The position numbers were made by a program, and so were the translations under genes. A stretch of 62,230 nucleotides of DNA, from IMG/VR virus record IMGVR_UViG_3300014501_000019, positions 1-62,230 of that record; one strand, written 5' to 3'. Origin of the DNA: a virus. Taxonomy: Duplodnaviria > Caudoviricetes. The notes under the pieces were generated by a model. It saw nothing but the letters and a program-made list of their open reading frames with translations, was not told the DNA's origin and ran no database searches. Each line of letters opens with the position of its first letter. The stretch's first letter is position 1. This document shows positions 1 through 10,697 of this stretch, in pieces.

Positions 1-31
1 ACTCATATGTTACCTTATATCATTGAAACCA

Positions 32-3000
32 TTATCTTACGCGTCTAGCTTGTAAAAACGAATTAGTTCCCCATGTAGCACCACCGGCAACTGTATATGT
101 CACTGCTGCAACCAAATAAACAGTTGTAGTGGTACTCATATTTATACGTCTATTCCCTGTAGGATTAAGATAGGTACTACTTGCTACCAAAGTGCCGAAA
201 GCGTCAAATACACCGCCATTAGCCTGGCTATCTTCCGAAGTAGGATTTAATGAAACACCACCGGAAATAATTGTTCCAGCAGTCGTACTACCTGTAACAA
301 GTGACATAGTCCCATTAACATCCCAATCCCCAGCAGTCAATGAAATAGAAGTTACAGTTACAAAAGCTCCAGAAGAACCTACGGAGACACCAGCACTATT
401 GGCGCTAACGTATTCACCAATATATCCAGTAGTTGCATTTCCACCAGTAGTGGTTCCAATAACTTGAGAACTAGCAACGTTTCCAGTAACTGTCGTAGCA
501 GTTCCAACAGCGCCGTTGTTATAGTATTCGGTGACTTCAATGTAACCAGCGGCTCCTGCTCCACCAACTACTCCACCTGCGTTAGCAGTTCCTGCTGCAC
601 CACCAGTACCCACTGCATAACTATAAGTTGCTGTAGGACTTACGATAATAGCTTCAATGTAGGCACCGGCTCCACCACTTGATCCAGTATATCCTGGTGC
701 AGGAGACCCAGCACCTCCACCACCTGCTCCAGTATTAGCAGCAGGTGCTAAACCAACAGTTGTTCCGCCAGCACCCCCGCCGCCGCCAGCTCCAAAAGGA
801 GTGCTCGCGCCAGGAGGACCGTTTACCGCATTAGTTGTAGTAGAAAGACCAGAAATACCAGTCCCATTTCCACCATTAAAAGCCGCAACAATAATTGGAC
901 CAGCTGTTGAACTTGCGGTTCCACCGAGTCCACCGGTTCCTGCACCACCAGCCGCAGAACCGCCAGTACCAGCGCCAGCGCTAAGGAGTGTTGTATTCCA
1001 AGTAGTTGCCGAACCAGTCCCACCTGCGGCACCAGCACCTGTAGAAGTTCCCGATCCAGCACCCCCGCCACCGCCACCGACCATTTTTATTTGGATAAAA
1101 CTTACGTTAGCAGGGGTGGTATAAGTTCCCGAACCTGAAATAAATTTTTGAACAGTAGGTGTAAAAGCGCCGCCGCCACCCACATAAATAGCGCTCCAAT
1201 TTGCAGCAGTGGTCCCAGAAGTGGCAATACATGTATATATGGCGGTAGTTGAAGGATTTTGAGCTAAAACAGTATTACTTCCACTACTTTGAACCGTTAC
1301 GACCGCCGTACTATTATTAGTGACGATGTAAGCTTGTCCCAAAATTAAAGTACTGGTTACGGGAAGCGTAACCGTTTGTGCGGTGGATCCAGTAAAGTAT
1401 TGTTGACCGGCTGAAATTACGGTTAGCACTACAGGGGTTGCCGATGTAATGGTGGTAGCGTATCCATTAACTAAATTGTTAGAGGCGACAACGTTACCAC
1501 TTGAGTTTATGGTCAAACCAGTGGTTGCAAGATTCGCAGTAGAACCACTGGTTACACTGGCAGGACTGGTTTGAATAATTACACTACCGCCAGCACCTGT
1601 CCCAGTGGAATTACCCCCTATGATGGTTAGATTAGCTCCAGGAAGATTAGCACCAACCATTGGACTTGGTTGAATATTTACGTTAGTAGCGGTTCCATCC
1701 CCAACCGCTCCGCGACCCAAGAACATGCTTTGTAGAGTTGCAGTTGGACTTCCGAAAGTAATCTGACCGGCGGCAGTAGTGGGATCGTATGTCGAAGTGG
1801 TCCCGGCATGTCCAGCTGAAAAACTGTAATGAGTTGGCTGCAGTTGACTTCCAATGGCGATACCGCCGGTAGCGGTATGAGCGGCGTTCCTACCAATTGA
1901 AATACTGTAAGTGGCTAATGACGAATTGTTTCCAGCATTATATCCGATAGCGGTAGCAAACCCAGCGGCTGTTGCGGTGCTACCAGCTGCTGTCCCAATG
2001 ATGACTTGCTCACTTGAATTCGCTTTTGCGGCAGATCCAATCGCTACGATATTTGAAGTTGCAGCAGTAGATGCGATATCATAACCAACAAATACCGAGG
2101 ATGATGCATTAGCTGTAATTGCGTGACCAATAAATACGCTATCAGACGTGTCACCATGTGTGAATACCATGGAATCACCAATAGCAATTAAGGTACTATC
2201 ATTGGTCAACACATTGGTTGAATCGGTTTTGTAACCAATTAAAATAACATCGAAACCCGTAGATAGGGAAGTAGAAGGTTTACTGCCGATAACAGTATTG
2301 AAGGTCCCTGATGTAATCCCGCTACCTGCTTCATAGCCATACAGAGTGTTATCAGTAGCACCGGTTGTTAATGCATTACCAGCACTGATACCAACTACAG
2401 TATTATCGGCACCTGTAAAACTTAAAGTAGAATTCGTGCCCCCGTAAACAGAAGTATTACTAGATAGGTAATTGAATCCATTAACTGATCCCGGCGTCTG
2501 CCAAGTAGGAGCTGCAGTTGCGCTAACCGCTGTTAACACTTGGCCTACTGTGCCACCAGCTACAACGGTTAAGGGACTGGTAGAAGTAGCACCTGCTATG
2601 ATTACCTGATTCGCGGTGAAACTACCGACCCCTGTTCCACCATTAGCTACAGGCAGTAATCCTGTGACACCAGTTATTAAAGGAAGTCCAGTGGCATTAG
2701 TGAGTGTGATAGCGGAAGGAGTGTCTAAGTTTGGAGTTGTTAAGCTTGGAGAAGTAGCTAATACTACCGTGCTTCCCGTACCGGTTGTAGTAGCAGCACT
2801 AATCGCGGTTCCATTTCCTTGTAAAATCCCTGTAATAGTCGTTTCGATAGTAATGGCAGGAGTGGTAGTAGAAGTTGCTACGGTTCCTGCAAATCCATTA
2901 GCGCTAGCTACAGAGACAGAGGTAACGGTGCCGGTTCCAGAAGCAGGTAGATTGTAATATCCTAGAACGCTGGATCCATTGGTTCCGTAGTATTGACTTG

Positions 3001-4054
3001 CTGTAGGACTCGCGGTATCATTTTTAAGTGTGATATTACCAGCAGTAATTACTACTGAATCGCTTGCTGTAAGTGATGAAGGCCCTCCAGTGACCTGTGA
3101 ATAAGGAAGACTTAGAGCGGATAAGGTTACTAATGTACTATTACTAGTTGCTGTCAAAGAAGTAGCTGTTAAGCTGCCCGTGACATCTCCAGTTAATGTA
3201 CCTACCAATGAAAGAGTTGGCGTGGAAGTTGCATTGGTTACGGTGCCTGTAAAACCACCACCATTGGTGAAAGCGAATGAAGTAACGGTACCAGTTCCAG
3301 GGCTAGGAAGGCTAAAATAACCTAGAACACTAGACCCATTGGTTCCGTAATATCGTGAAGCACCAGGAGACGCGGTGTCGTTAACAAGAGTAACGGTTCC
3401 TGAAGTGTTGACCAAACTATCTGCAAATGCTAGGGAAGAAGGGGTGCCAGTTACTTGAGAATAAGGTAGTGAAAGCGATGAGAGCGTGGTTATAGTTGAA
3501 TTCGTAGTAGCTGTAATATTTGAAGCGGTTCCACTAGTATTAGAGGAGATACTTGCGGGAAGATCAGCAGCTACTAAAAGTCTGAACGTGGGTTGAGCAG
3601 ATCCTCCAGAAACAGGACCTGCGAACACCGTATTAGCAACTTCAACATTAAGAGTTAAAGTCAGCGTACCAGTGCCAGTTACTGGGCTATTGCTAATAGC
3701 GTAAATAGGAGTAGTGCTTCCATCAGAAAGGGCAACTGAAGTAACGCTTCCACTATTAGTCGCGGCTATGGTAATATTAGAACCACTAGGGGTAACGCTG
3801 ATTCCTGAACCAGCAACCAAAGTTATGGCTCCGGTGAGACTGTTAAGTGAGGTAACCGAACTACCACCGCCTGGAGACCAACTTAGATTCCCCGCTCCAT
3901 CATTGGTCAATACATATCCTGAAGTAGCGGCTTGCGCGGCAGGCCAAGTAATGGAATAATTGGTCGTAGAAGGAACGAGTTGAGTGAAGGTTCCAGAAGT
4001 GAAAGCAGAAATGGCTAACTTATTGCCACTACCGGTGTTAGGATTGTATGACAT
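32..4054 (-). CDS. Tail fibre-like protein (1340 aa)
   Basis: Thr/Ser/Gly-rich with GTVTSV fibre motifs, an internal duplication, YadA-head-like repeats (xxAIGxxA) and a Gly-rich C-terminal domain; distal end of the tail module. Confidence 0.8.
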   Translation of the reverse strand: MSYNPNTGSGNKLAISAFTSGTFTQLVPSTTNYSITWPAAQAATSGYVLTNDGAGNLSWSPGGGSSVTSLNSLTGAITLVAGSGISVTPSGSNITIAATNSGSVTSVALSDGSTTPIYAISNSPVTGTGTLTLTLNVEVANTVFAGPVSGGSAQPTFRLLVAADLPASISSNTSGTASNITATTNSTITTLSSLSLPYSQVTGTPSSLAFADSLVNTSGTVTLVNDTASPGASRYYGTNGSSVLGYFSLPSPGTGTVTSFAFTNGGGFTGTVTNATSTPTLSLVGTLTGDVTGSLTATSLTATSNSTLVTLSALSLPYSQVTGGPSSLTASDSVVITAGNITLKNDTASPTASQYYGTNGSSVLGYYNLPASGTGTVTSVSVASANGFAGTVATSTTTPAITIETTITGILQGNGTAISAATTTGTGSTVVLATSPSLTTPNLDTPSAITLTNATGLPLITGVTGLLPVANGGTGVGSFTANQVIIAGATSTSPLTVVAGGTVGQVLTAVSATAAPTWQTPGSVNGFNYLSSNTSVYGGTNSTLSFTGADNTVVGISAGNALTTGATDNTLYGYEAGSGITSGTFNTVIGSKPSTSLSTGFDVILIGYKTDSTNVLTNDSTLIAIGDSMVFTHGDTSDSVFIGHAITANASSSVFVGYDIASTAATSNIVAIGSAAKANSSEQVIIGTAAGSTATAAGFATAIGYNAGNNSSLATYSISIGRNAAHTATGGIAIGSQLQPTHYSFSAGHAGTTSTYDPTTAAGQITFGSPTATLQSMFLGRGAVGDGTATNVNIQPSPMVGANLPGANLTIIGGNSTGTGAGGSVIIQTSPASVTSGSTANLATTGLTINSSGNVVASNNLVNGYATTITSATPVVLTVISAGQQYFTGSTAQTVTLPVTSTLILGQAYIVTNNSTAVVTVQSSGSNTVLAQNPSTTAIYTCIATSGTTAANWSAIYVGGGGAFTPTVQKFISGSGTYTTPANVSFIQIKMVGGGGGGAGSGTSTGAGAAGGTGSATTWNTTLLSAGAGTGGSAAGGAGTGGLGGTASSTAGPIIVAAFNGGNGTGISGLSTTTNAVNGPPGASTPFGAGGGGGAGGTTVGLAPAANTGAGGGGAGSPAPGYTGSSGGAGAYIEAIIVSPTATYSYAVGTGGAAGTANAGGVVGGAGAAGYIEVTEYYNNGAVGTATTVTGNVASSQVIGTTTGGNATTGYIGEYVSANSAGVSVGSSGAFVTVTSISLTAGDWDVNGTMSLVTGSTTAGTIISGGVSLNPTSEDSQANGGVFDAFGTLVASSTYLNPTGNRRINMSTTTTVYLVAAVTYTVAGGATWGTNSFLQARRVR
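2915..3520 (-). repeat. Internal ~80-aa duplication in the tail fibre
   Basis: LSLPYSQVTG...NDTASP.AS.YYGTNGSSVLGY...GTGTVTS occurs twice (~3280-3520 and ~2915-3160). Confidence 0.85.
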
Positions 4055-4793
4055 TTTCGATGTCCTCTTGGGGAGAGACCTTATTGCCTTTTATAATATT
4101 TTCTATAGCCCACATCGGCTGTAAATTAGTATAATGACAAACTTTTAAGAACTCTTCTCTATTGGTCAAATCCACTATAGAAAGGGGTATTTTATGATCT
4201 ATATTCCAATATCCATGGCCATTACCGTAGTTATCCCAAGTCATTCCTGGTTGAAATAGGGATTCGAGATATGATTTAAAAAATTCTACGGAACAGCCCA
4301 AATCTTTTACTGCAGAACCGGCCTTAGTTGTTCCATGTATCATTTTAGACATTCTTTTTCTTAAATTATTGGTCAATTTGAATTGAATATCGGTGGAAGA
4401 TCTCTCTCTAGAGTGCTTGTTTCTTTTTTCTCTATTTTCTTCTCTATAAATTTTATGTTGAGCTAGTATTTCTTCTTTATTTCTTTCATAGTGTATTTTT
4501 CTAGCATTGACTATTTGTTCCAAATTATTGTTTCTATATTCTGTTTGTTTTTCTAAAATTTGATCCCTATTTTGTATGTAATATTCTCTACCTCTTTCTT
4601 TCTTCTCGTCTTTATGTTCAGCAATGTAAGTTTTATTTTTAGCTTTAATCTTTTCTTTATTTTTTTGATAATATTCTCTCTTTTTTACACTGTTGCAGGA
4701 TTTACAAAGATAGTAAAATCCGTCTTTAGAACGTTTATTATTATCAAAAAAACAAAAATATAAATTACTATTACATCCTTTACAAAATTTCAT
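4038..4793 (-). CDS. HNH-type homing endonuclease
   Basis: N-terminal CxxC zinc finger, charged helical repeats, YLESLFQPGMTWDN..WNIDHKIP..HYTNLQPMWAIENIIKG; start reassigned to ATG 4793. Confidence 0.85.
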   Translation of the reverse strand: MKFCKGCNSNLYFCFFDNNKRSKDGFYYLCKSCNSVKKREYYQKNKEKIKAKNKTYIAEHKDEKKERGREYYIQNRDQILEKQTEYRNNNLEQIVNARKIHYERNKEEILAQHKIYREENREKRNKHSRERSSTDIQFKLTNNLRKRMSKMIHGTTKAGSAVKDLGCSVEFFKSYLESLFQPGMTWDNYGNGHGYWNIDHKIPLSIVDLTNREEFLKVCHYTNLQPMWAIENIIKGNKVSPQEDIENVIQS

Positions 4794-4794
4794 A

Positions 4795-7700
4795 TTAAAA
4801 TATAAACCACGCATTCCCCGAACTAACCAATGAAAATTCGAAATATTGAGTATTAGTCGATTGTGTACCGAGACCATTTATTAGGTCTGAACCTGCAGCA
4901 ACAATATACATATAATTTGAACTGGCATCCGACTTCACAAAATAGAAGCATCGTCCAATAAAAGCGGAAGCAGAAGGTAAATCAAAAGTTACGGTTCCAG
5001 TAGCACAATCTGCAATCAAAAATTGATCAGCGGTAAGTACGCCATAAGTTGTCGGCCCCACTTTTGTAGAAATGGCTTGCATGTTCCCAAGGCCATTGGC
5101 TCCAGTGGCTCCAGCGGCTCCCGGAGGACCTTGAATGCCGCTATTGCTTCCGCTGCCGCCGCCCGAGTAACGAAATTCCAGTTCGTCCCCGACAACCAGT
5201 CCGTCAGGCAACGTTAGAATTTCAATTTGATTACTTGGCGTGCCAGCGGCACCCACTTCCTCGTAAGCTCCGCTTTCCACATCCAAGAATTGACCGTTAA
5301 GAAATACTTCGAGAATTCCTTTACCAACGGTATAGTATGCAATACTATTAGCTTCTCTGGAATTAAAAGGTAACGTGATAATAGTGGAATTAGCTATTGG
5401 TCCATTTATAGAAACCGGTGAAACCAAAGAAGGTGGATAAGTTCCACCAGAAGCAACCACAGATATGGTTTCATCATAGGTGGGACTATTTAGTGATATC
5501 TCTAGATTTCCTAAGGCAAGATCTAGTTCTTTAATAGCTAACGTTAGATTATCACCATCATGGACGAAGTAGTTTCCGGTTCCGGTTCCGCTTTGAATTA
5601 TAGAAATTGAAAATGGAGCGCCGACATTGCCATTAGTTGCGGGAGTACTTGTGCCTGCACTGGTATTAGTTACGACAACCGCTGTAGCATTACTGGTAAA
5701 AGCGGAGAAAGTAATCGTAGCGTCGCCAACACCACTTGCCAAAGTAAGTGTGCCGGTTCCACTTCCGGGAATCGCGTTTGCATTAGTAGTATTGCTTAGA
5801 GTAACTGCTCCAGTCAATGCAATTAGGGAACCATTTACGGTTCCGCCGCTGGTATCGGTGATACTAGCTTGAGCGATGATATTGCCGTTAAAAGTTCCAG
5901 CATTTCCACTATTAATGGTAGCCGAAGATCCGACTAACCAATAAACGTTCTTAGCTAATGCGCCACCAGTCAAAGCAATTGTAGGGGTTCCACCGGCTCC
6001 AGTAGTTAGAGTAGAAGCGGCTTTAAATACGAATATATCAGTAGCACTACCATTTAATGTCACTGTTCCTGGACCGCTAGCCGCTAAATTAAATGTTCCG
6101 CTGGATTCAGAATAATAACCTGCGGTTAATGTTTGACCATCTAAAATCGGTGATATCGCAACATATCCACCATGAGCGGCTAAACTAGTATACGCCGATA
6201 AAGCATCGCTTTGTGCGATTTGAGCGAGAGTGTTACCAGCGTTTTCAGTACCTGTATAAGTACTGGGAGGAAAATTAGTAATAGAAGTAGCATTATTTGG
6301 ATAAATACCTAAATCACCAGTTAAAACCGACCCTCCACCAGTGGACCCAGTAACCGCTGTTGCACCTAAAACAGCATAAGCACTTGCAGAATTTAGTAAA
6401 CTTCCTCCAATAAGTAGAGGAGATCCGGTTCCCGTAGTAATTAGTGTAGTCCCACCAGAAATCGTCGAAACCACCGTAAATGTTTGCGAATTATTTGTAT
6501 AAGTAGCTCCTGCGGTGGCATTAGCAGAACTAGTGGTAAAGACGTATTCATTAGCATCGATCAGCGCACTAAAATCACCAAGTGGAGAAGAGTTTAAAGC
6601 AATTTCTATTTTGGTATCAACTTGTGCAGCGGTGTCCGTACTTAAAATTGGAACCAGAATTAAACCATTGGTATAAGGAATAACTGGAGGGCTTCCAACT
6701 CCATTAACGGTAAACCAAACCACATATTGCTGGGCGTTCGCACTACTATTAATCAGGAAATACTGACCGCCGGTAATCGTGGAGCCCGTACCAGCAGAAA
6801 TACTGGTAATTTGAGGTAAAGAACCAGGATTTAATGCGCTAACGTATTGTGGGCGGCTAGTACTTGCGGATGGGCTACCAATATATTGAAGAAGCTGTAG
6901 AGAAGTGGTTCCGCTAACTTCTACTGATTCTCCGTAATCCAATTCTTCAGCTAAGAAACGAATGTAGACTCTTGGACTACCACCATTATCTTCTCGTAAG
7001 AATAACCAAAACGCACCTGCAGGAACAAGAGCACGGGGAGCTATATAGATGTTACGGTTGGTAGAAGGTGAAGGTGAAGCGGTGTAGCTACCAAAAGCGT
7101 ATTGAGCGGGGGCGCCACCGACACCGGTATTATCACCAATACTGACATCAGTAGTCAAAGTAACTTGGGAAAGACTATTTACGGTTAAAATTTCGTAGTA
7201 ACCAGAAACAGCATCTGATTTTAATTTAATATAGTCGCCAGGAAGTAAGCCAGAAGTCCATGATACCGCGCCGACGCTATTAACTACAGCGGACCCACCC
7301 ACAAAAATTAGATTTGGAGTGATTGGAACATTATTGACCAAAGTAATATATGCCACTTCATCGTCGGCTAAAGTAATATTGGTGGAAGTAGGGTTGGCCG
7401 CCAAAGTATACATTAGAGAGGAACCAACTACACGAATACTAATTGGTTGATCCCAGTTAATCTGACCGGGTTGAGTAATAACGCTAGGACTATAGAAAGT
7501 AATTCCTAAGCCGGTCCCATTTAAGGTAGCAGCTTGGGACATCGTAATAGCGTATGGACCGCTGCCAGTAATAGCTAAAATAGTGGTATTGGTTGGAATA
7601 CCGGTGCCAAAAATATAATCGCCATTAGCCAATCCGGTGACGGTTGGGAGATTGGTGAGTTGGTTATTTCCTGAAGAAATATTACCAGTAGTGACTAAGA

Positions 7701-8607
7701 TAGAATCTGAATTAGGCAATATCCCGTTTGAAATTTCGCCGCTACCAGTGATTACAGTGTTGCCAAGATCTTGTAAGAGGCTTAGAATGGAAGGAACAAC
7801 GCCGCCGCCACTAGTAGAAGAACTCCAATATGGTGTGCCTTGAATCAGTAAAATCTGAGACATGACAGCATTCATCCAGTCTTTTTGACATGTGAGCTGT
7901 TTATCGCCGCCAACGAAAGGATCTACGGAATTCGAAGTAGTAGTTACTGGAGGAGGAGTACGGCCTTCTGACCAGGGATAGACGTAGTTTGGATTAGGAT
8001 TGATTCCGCCGGTTTCCAGACTAAAAAGCATCCAGCGAGCATCTGTGATAGAAACAACGTTACCGTTGCCATCAGTCGTTACGATTGCAATTGGTAAAAC
8101 ATTGGCAGCCCAGATTGAAGTGGTGATAAAAATTTGAAACGTGAGGGTTTGGGCGGCGGGAGCGATAGTGGTGATTTCAGAATTAGAAGCGGCGTCCCAA
8201 ATATACTTAGTCACATCCGTTGACGGATCAGCGAATCTATTATAATCTAGACCCACATAATTCGTACTGTTCGCCGTGAATGAACCGGTGACCACGGTAT
8301 TGGTAGCTGCATTTAGAACTTGATTTACGGTACCTGTAGGAACCTGAAAGATAGTTCCAGAAACACTGGCGGCAATATGGAGGACAGCACCTGGATCGAC
8401 TACTAGGGCTAAGCCATTGGCAGGCGCACCGATAGCTCCAGCGGTAAGGATAGAGAAACCACGAATGATGTAACCCTGTGAAGTATTAGTGAAAACTGAA
8501 GTTACTAGTGTGTCCCAGTCATTTCTGGAAGCACTTTCGACACGACGCATGTCCGAAATGTCAATTCTCTGTTCACTTAACCAATTTACTGTAGTTAGAA
8601 CGGCCAT
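4795..8607 (-). CDS. Baseplate/tail fibre-associated structural protein with DUF3494 ice-binding-like domain
   Basis: 1270 aa; DUF3494-like segment ~5785-6400 (YAVLGATAVT..GDLGIYP..LDGQTLTAGYY..NVYWLVGSSAT..GNIIAQASIT..GSLIALTGAVTL); short collagen-like G-X-Y run near the C-terminus. Confidence 0.75.
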   Translation of the reverse strand: MAVLTTVNWLSEQRIDISDMRRVESASRNDWDTLVTSVFTNTSQGYIIRGFSILTAGAIGAPANGLALVVDPGAVLHIAASVSGTIFQVPTGTVNQVLNAATNTVVTGSFTANSTNYVGLDYNRFADPSTDVTKYIWDAASNSEITTIAPAAQTLTFQIFITTSIWAANVLPIAIVTTDGNGNVVSITDARWMLFSLETGGINPNPNYVYPWSEGRTPPPVTTTSNSVDPFVGGDKQLTCQKDWMNAVMSQILLIQGTPYWSSSTSGGGVVPSILSLLQDLGNTVITGSGEISNGILPNSDSILVTTGNISSGNNQLTNLPTVTGLANGDYIFGTGIPTNTTILAITGSGPYAITMSQAATLNGTGLGITFYSPSVITQPGQINWDQPISIRVVGSSLMYTLAANPTSTNITLADDEVAYITLVNNVPITPNLIFVGGSAVVNSVGAVSWTSGLLPGDYIKLKSDAVSGYYEILTVNSLSQVTLTTDVSIGDNTGVGGAPAQYAFGSYTASPSPSTNRNIYIAPRALVPAGAFWLFLREDNGGSPRVYIRFLAEELDYGESVEVSGTTSLQLLQYIGSPSASTSRPQYVSALNPGSLPQITSISAGTGSTITGGQYFLINSSANAQQYVVWFTVNGVGSPPVIPYTNGLILVPILSTDTAAQVDTKIEIALNSSPLGDFSALIDANEYVFTTSSANATAGATYTNNSQTFTVVSTISGGTTLITTGTGSPLLIGGSLLNSASAYAVLGATAVTGSTGGGSVLTGDLGIYPNNATSITNFPPSTYTGTENAGNTLAQIAQSDALSAYTSLAAHGGYVAISPILDGQTLTAGYYSESSGTFNLAASGPGTVTLNGSATDIFVFKAASTLTTGAGGTPTIALTGGALAKNVYWLVGSSATINSGNAGTFNGNIIAQASITDTSGGTVNGSLIALTGAVTLSNTTNANAIPGSGTGTLTLASGVGDATITFSAFTSNATAVVVTNTSAGTSTPATNGNVGAPFSISIIQSGTGTGNYFVHDGDNLTLAIKELDLALGNLEISLNSPTYDETISVVASGGTYPPSLVSPVSINGPIANSTIITLPFNSREANSIAYYTVGKGILEVFLNGQFLDVESGAYEEVGAAGTPSNQIEILTLPDGLVVGDELEFRYSGGGSGSNSGIQGPPGAAGATGANGLGNMQAISTKVGPTTYGVLTADQFLIADCATGTVTFDLPSASAFIGRCFYFVKSDASSNYMYIVAAGSDLINGLGTQSTNTQYFEFSLVSSGNAWFIF

Positions 8608-8624
8608 CTGTGTATCCTTACTCT

Positions 8625-8633
8625 ATAAGATTG
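8625..8633 (-). promoter_or_regulatory. CAATCTTAT motif (putative phage late promoter)
   Basis: ATAAGATTG on + strand just upstream of start 8607; same 9-mer at 8 other gene starts. Confidence 0.7.
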
Positions 8634-8669
8634 TCATCAAGGTTATATCGTATAGTTTGCTTTTTGGGT

Positions 8670-8678
8670 CAATCTTAT
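8670..8678 (+). promoter_or_regulatory. CAATCTTAT motif
   Basis: Divergent copy upstream of ATG 8702. Confidence 0.65.
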
Positions 8679-8701
8679 GGTATAGTAGACAGCGAGGAAT
8701 T

Positions 8702-9070
8702 ATGGGTAAATCCAGACGCGGTGATAAAGAATTTACTAGAGAACGTCAATTAGTAAAACAAAATCGTCAATTAAAACAAGAAGTTAGTAAATTAAGAAAA
8801 CAATTGGCAAAAATAGACTTGGATCGTTATTCTACGATAAAAGAAATGGTCGAAGAACACAGAATGGAAAATAAAATAGAAAATACTAAGACTCTTCTAG
8901 AATCTATGAAAGAAACGTGGAAATGTAATGAATGTGATAGCGGGTATTTGGAGATAGTTATTTTTAACAAAGTAGGGTCTCCGTGGTACTACAGGTGCTG
9001 TAGTTCATGCTCTAAAAGAACTAAATCTCAAAAATACACTCCTGAAGTAAAGGGCATTGTTCATGGGTAG
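8702..9070 (+). CDS. Hypothetical protein, coiled coil plus zinc ribbon
   Basis: GAGGA RBS before ATG 8702; CNEC...CSSC motifs. Confidence 0.7.
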   Translation: MGKSRRGDKEFTRERQLVKQNRQLKQEVSKLRKQLAKIDLDRYSTIKEMVEEHRMENKIENTKTLLESMKETWKCNECDSGYLEIVIFNKVGSPWYYRCCSSCSKRTKSQKYTPEVKGIVHG

Positions 9071-9695
9071 ACCGTTACTAAACGATTTAATTGGCAAAAA
9101 ATCTGGAATTTTAACTATAGTGGAATTTTCTCATATAGACCGTAGTAAGAAACTTGCTACTACTTATTGGAAGTGTAGATGCGAATGCGGGGTATTCACT
9201 ATAGTAGAAAGATCTAATCTCACGAGAAAAGGCAATAGGGGAACAAAATCATGCGGGTGTATCGACGTAGAAAACTGTAGAAAAAAGTTTTTGGGTAATA
9301 CTTTTAGAAGAAAAGCACCTGGAGAAACCGGATTCAACATGTTAATTGGCACATACAAACGCTCTGCTAGAGATAGGGATCTTCCATTTGACACGTCTAA
9401 TGAGTTTAAATTAGAATTAAAAAAAATAACAAAAAGTAATTGTTTTTATTGTGGAATAGAACCTAAACAAATCATAAAACCTCAAGAAAAATATCATCCA
9501 ACTAAAGAAAGTATTGAAAATAGCACTTATATCTATAATGGTATTGATAGGATAGATAGTAATAAAGGATATGAATTCGGAAATGTGGTTCCGTGTTGCT
9601 ATCATTGTAATTTAGCAAAATCTGATTATACTACCGAAGAGTTCATGGAATGGGCAAATCGTTTAGCAAAACATATGGAATCTAAAAATGAATGA
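9063..9695 (+). CDS. HNH homing endonuclease
   Basis: WKCRCECG..KSCGC repeat; CFYCG..GIDRIDSNKGY..NVVPCCYHCNLAK. Confidence 0.85.
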   Translation: MGRPLLNDLIGKKSGILTIVEFSHIDRSKKLATTYWKCRCECGVFTIVERSNLTRKGNRGTKSCGCIDVENCRKKFLGNTFRRKAPGETGFNMLIGTYKRSARDRDLPFDTSNEFKLELKKITKSNCFYCGIEPKQIIKPQEKYHPTKESIENSTYIYNGIDRIDSNKGYEFGNVVPCCYHCNLAKSDYTTEEFMEWANRLAKHMESKNE

Positions 9696-9915
9696 ATTCG
9701 TAGAAGGTAGTGTTGTTATTGTAGGTACGGGCCAAAGTGGTTGCGTTGTTCAATTAAAGCCAGAAGTTTGGGTACTTCTACTTAACAACGATATCTGGAT
9801 TGGACCAGCAAGTCAGTGCATGTTTCCTCAAGATGAAGAACATCTCAAAAATTGCCCGCTAGAAGTGGAAAGATTTGAAGTAAGAGAAAAGATCAATCGC
9901 GTAAAGGAAGATTAA
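9688..9915 (+). CDS. Hypothetical protein
   Basis: ORF overlapping the upstream stop, same strand. Confidence 0.6.
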   Translation: MNEFVEGSVVIVGTGQSGCVVQLKPEVWVLLLNNDIWIGPASQCMFPQDEEHLKNCPLEVERFEVREKINRVKED

Positions 9916-10652
9916 TCTACCCAGTATTTAATGAATGGATGATCGTGACTATAATAGACATAAGCAACACCTTTCATCCCAGCACCTTTATAGTCTTTAG
10001 CGAGTCTCTTGTACCAAAGAAAACTGGCTAATTTACACATAAGAGATACACCACAAACAGTCTGAAGTAGATGCCAACTTAGCCTGCGGGGGTCGGCCTG
10101 ATCAATTGGCGTATTTACACAACTTACAGCCAATGTAACCGCTGCCACTAAAAATAAAGGAAAGCATAGTAGTCTAATCAATATGTGAATAGGATTCCAC
10201 GTTGGAAAGCTTGCTGCGACTACAGCGGCCATTAATTGAGGTTGTCTTGGCATAAAAGTTGCCCAATTACTATGACTGCCTGGATTAACGGTGTCCATAA
10301 AACCCATATTCTTGATCAGAGACATTAGAATCTGTCTTGGAATACTAGTATTTCCCATTTGCATGCAGCCGTTCATAACCCCATAATAATCATCAACTTC
10401 TTCCTGTGAAGCCGTTTGTCCTCGTGGAACTCTACAGAGCATGCCTTCATTGTTTATGCAAGAACTGATAATTTTATCAAACGTCGTATAATCGCTACCT
10501 AGTAATTGGCCCATTTTCTTAAGCATTACATAATATTCAGAGGTAAAACAGGTACCATTATCGGAACCTACAATAGTATTGGGAGGAACAGGATTGGGGG
10601 CTACCAAATTGTTACCGTCGATATATGGAGGAATTTCTTCTCTAATGCTCAT
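9912..10652 (-). CDS. Hypothetical protein with a hydrophobic segment
   Basis: 246-aa ORF with the CAATCTTAT motif immediately upstream. Confidence 0.7.
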   Translation of the reverse strand: MSIREEIPPYIDGNNLVAPNPVPPNTIVGSDNGTCFTSEYYVMLKKMGQLLGSDYTTFDKIISSCINNEGMLCRVPRGQTASQEEVDDYYGVMNGCMQMGNTSIPRQILMSLIKNMGFMDTVNPGSHSNWATFMPRQPQLMAAVVAASFPTWNPIHILIRLLCFPLFLVAAVTLAVSCVNTPIDQADPRRLSWHLLQTVCGVSLMCKLASFLWYKRLAKDYKGAGMKGVAYVYYSHDHPFIKYWVD

Positions 10653-10656
10653 AAAT

Positions 10657-10665
10657 ATAAGATTG
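10657..10665 (-). promoter_or_regulatory. CAATCTTAT motif
   Basis: 4 nt from ATG 10652, no Shine-Dalgarno. Confidence 0.7.
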
Positions 10666-10697
10666 ACATATACTTTGTATTAAGTTATTGTCAGAGA

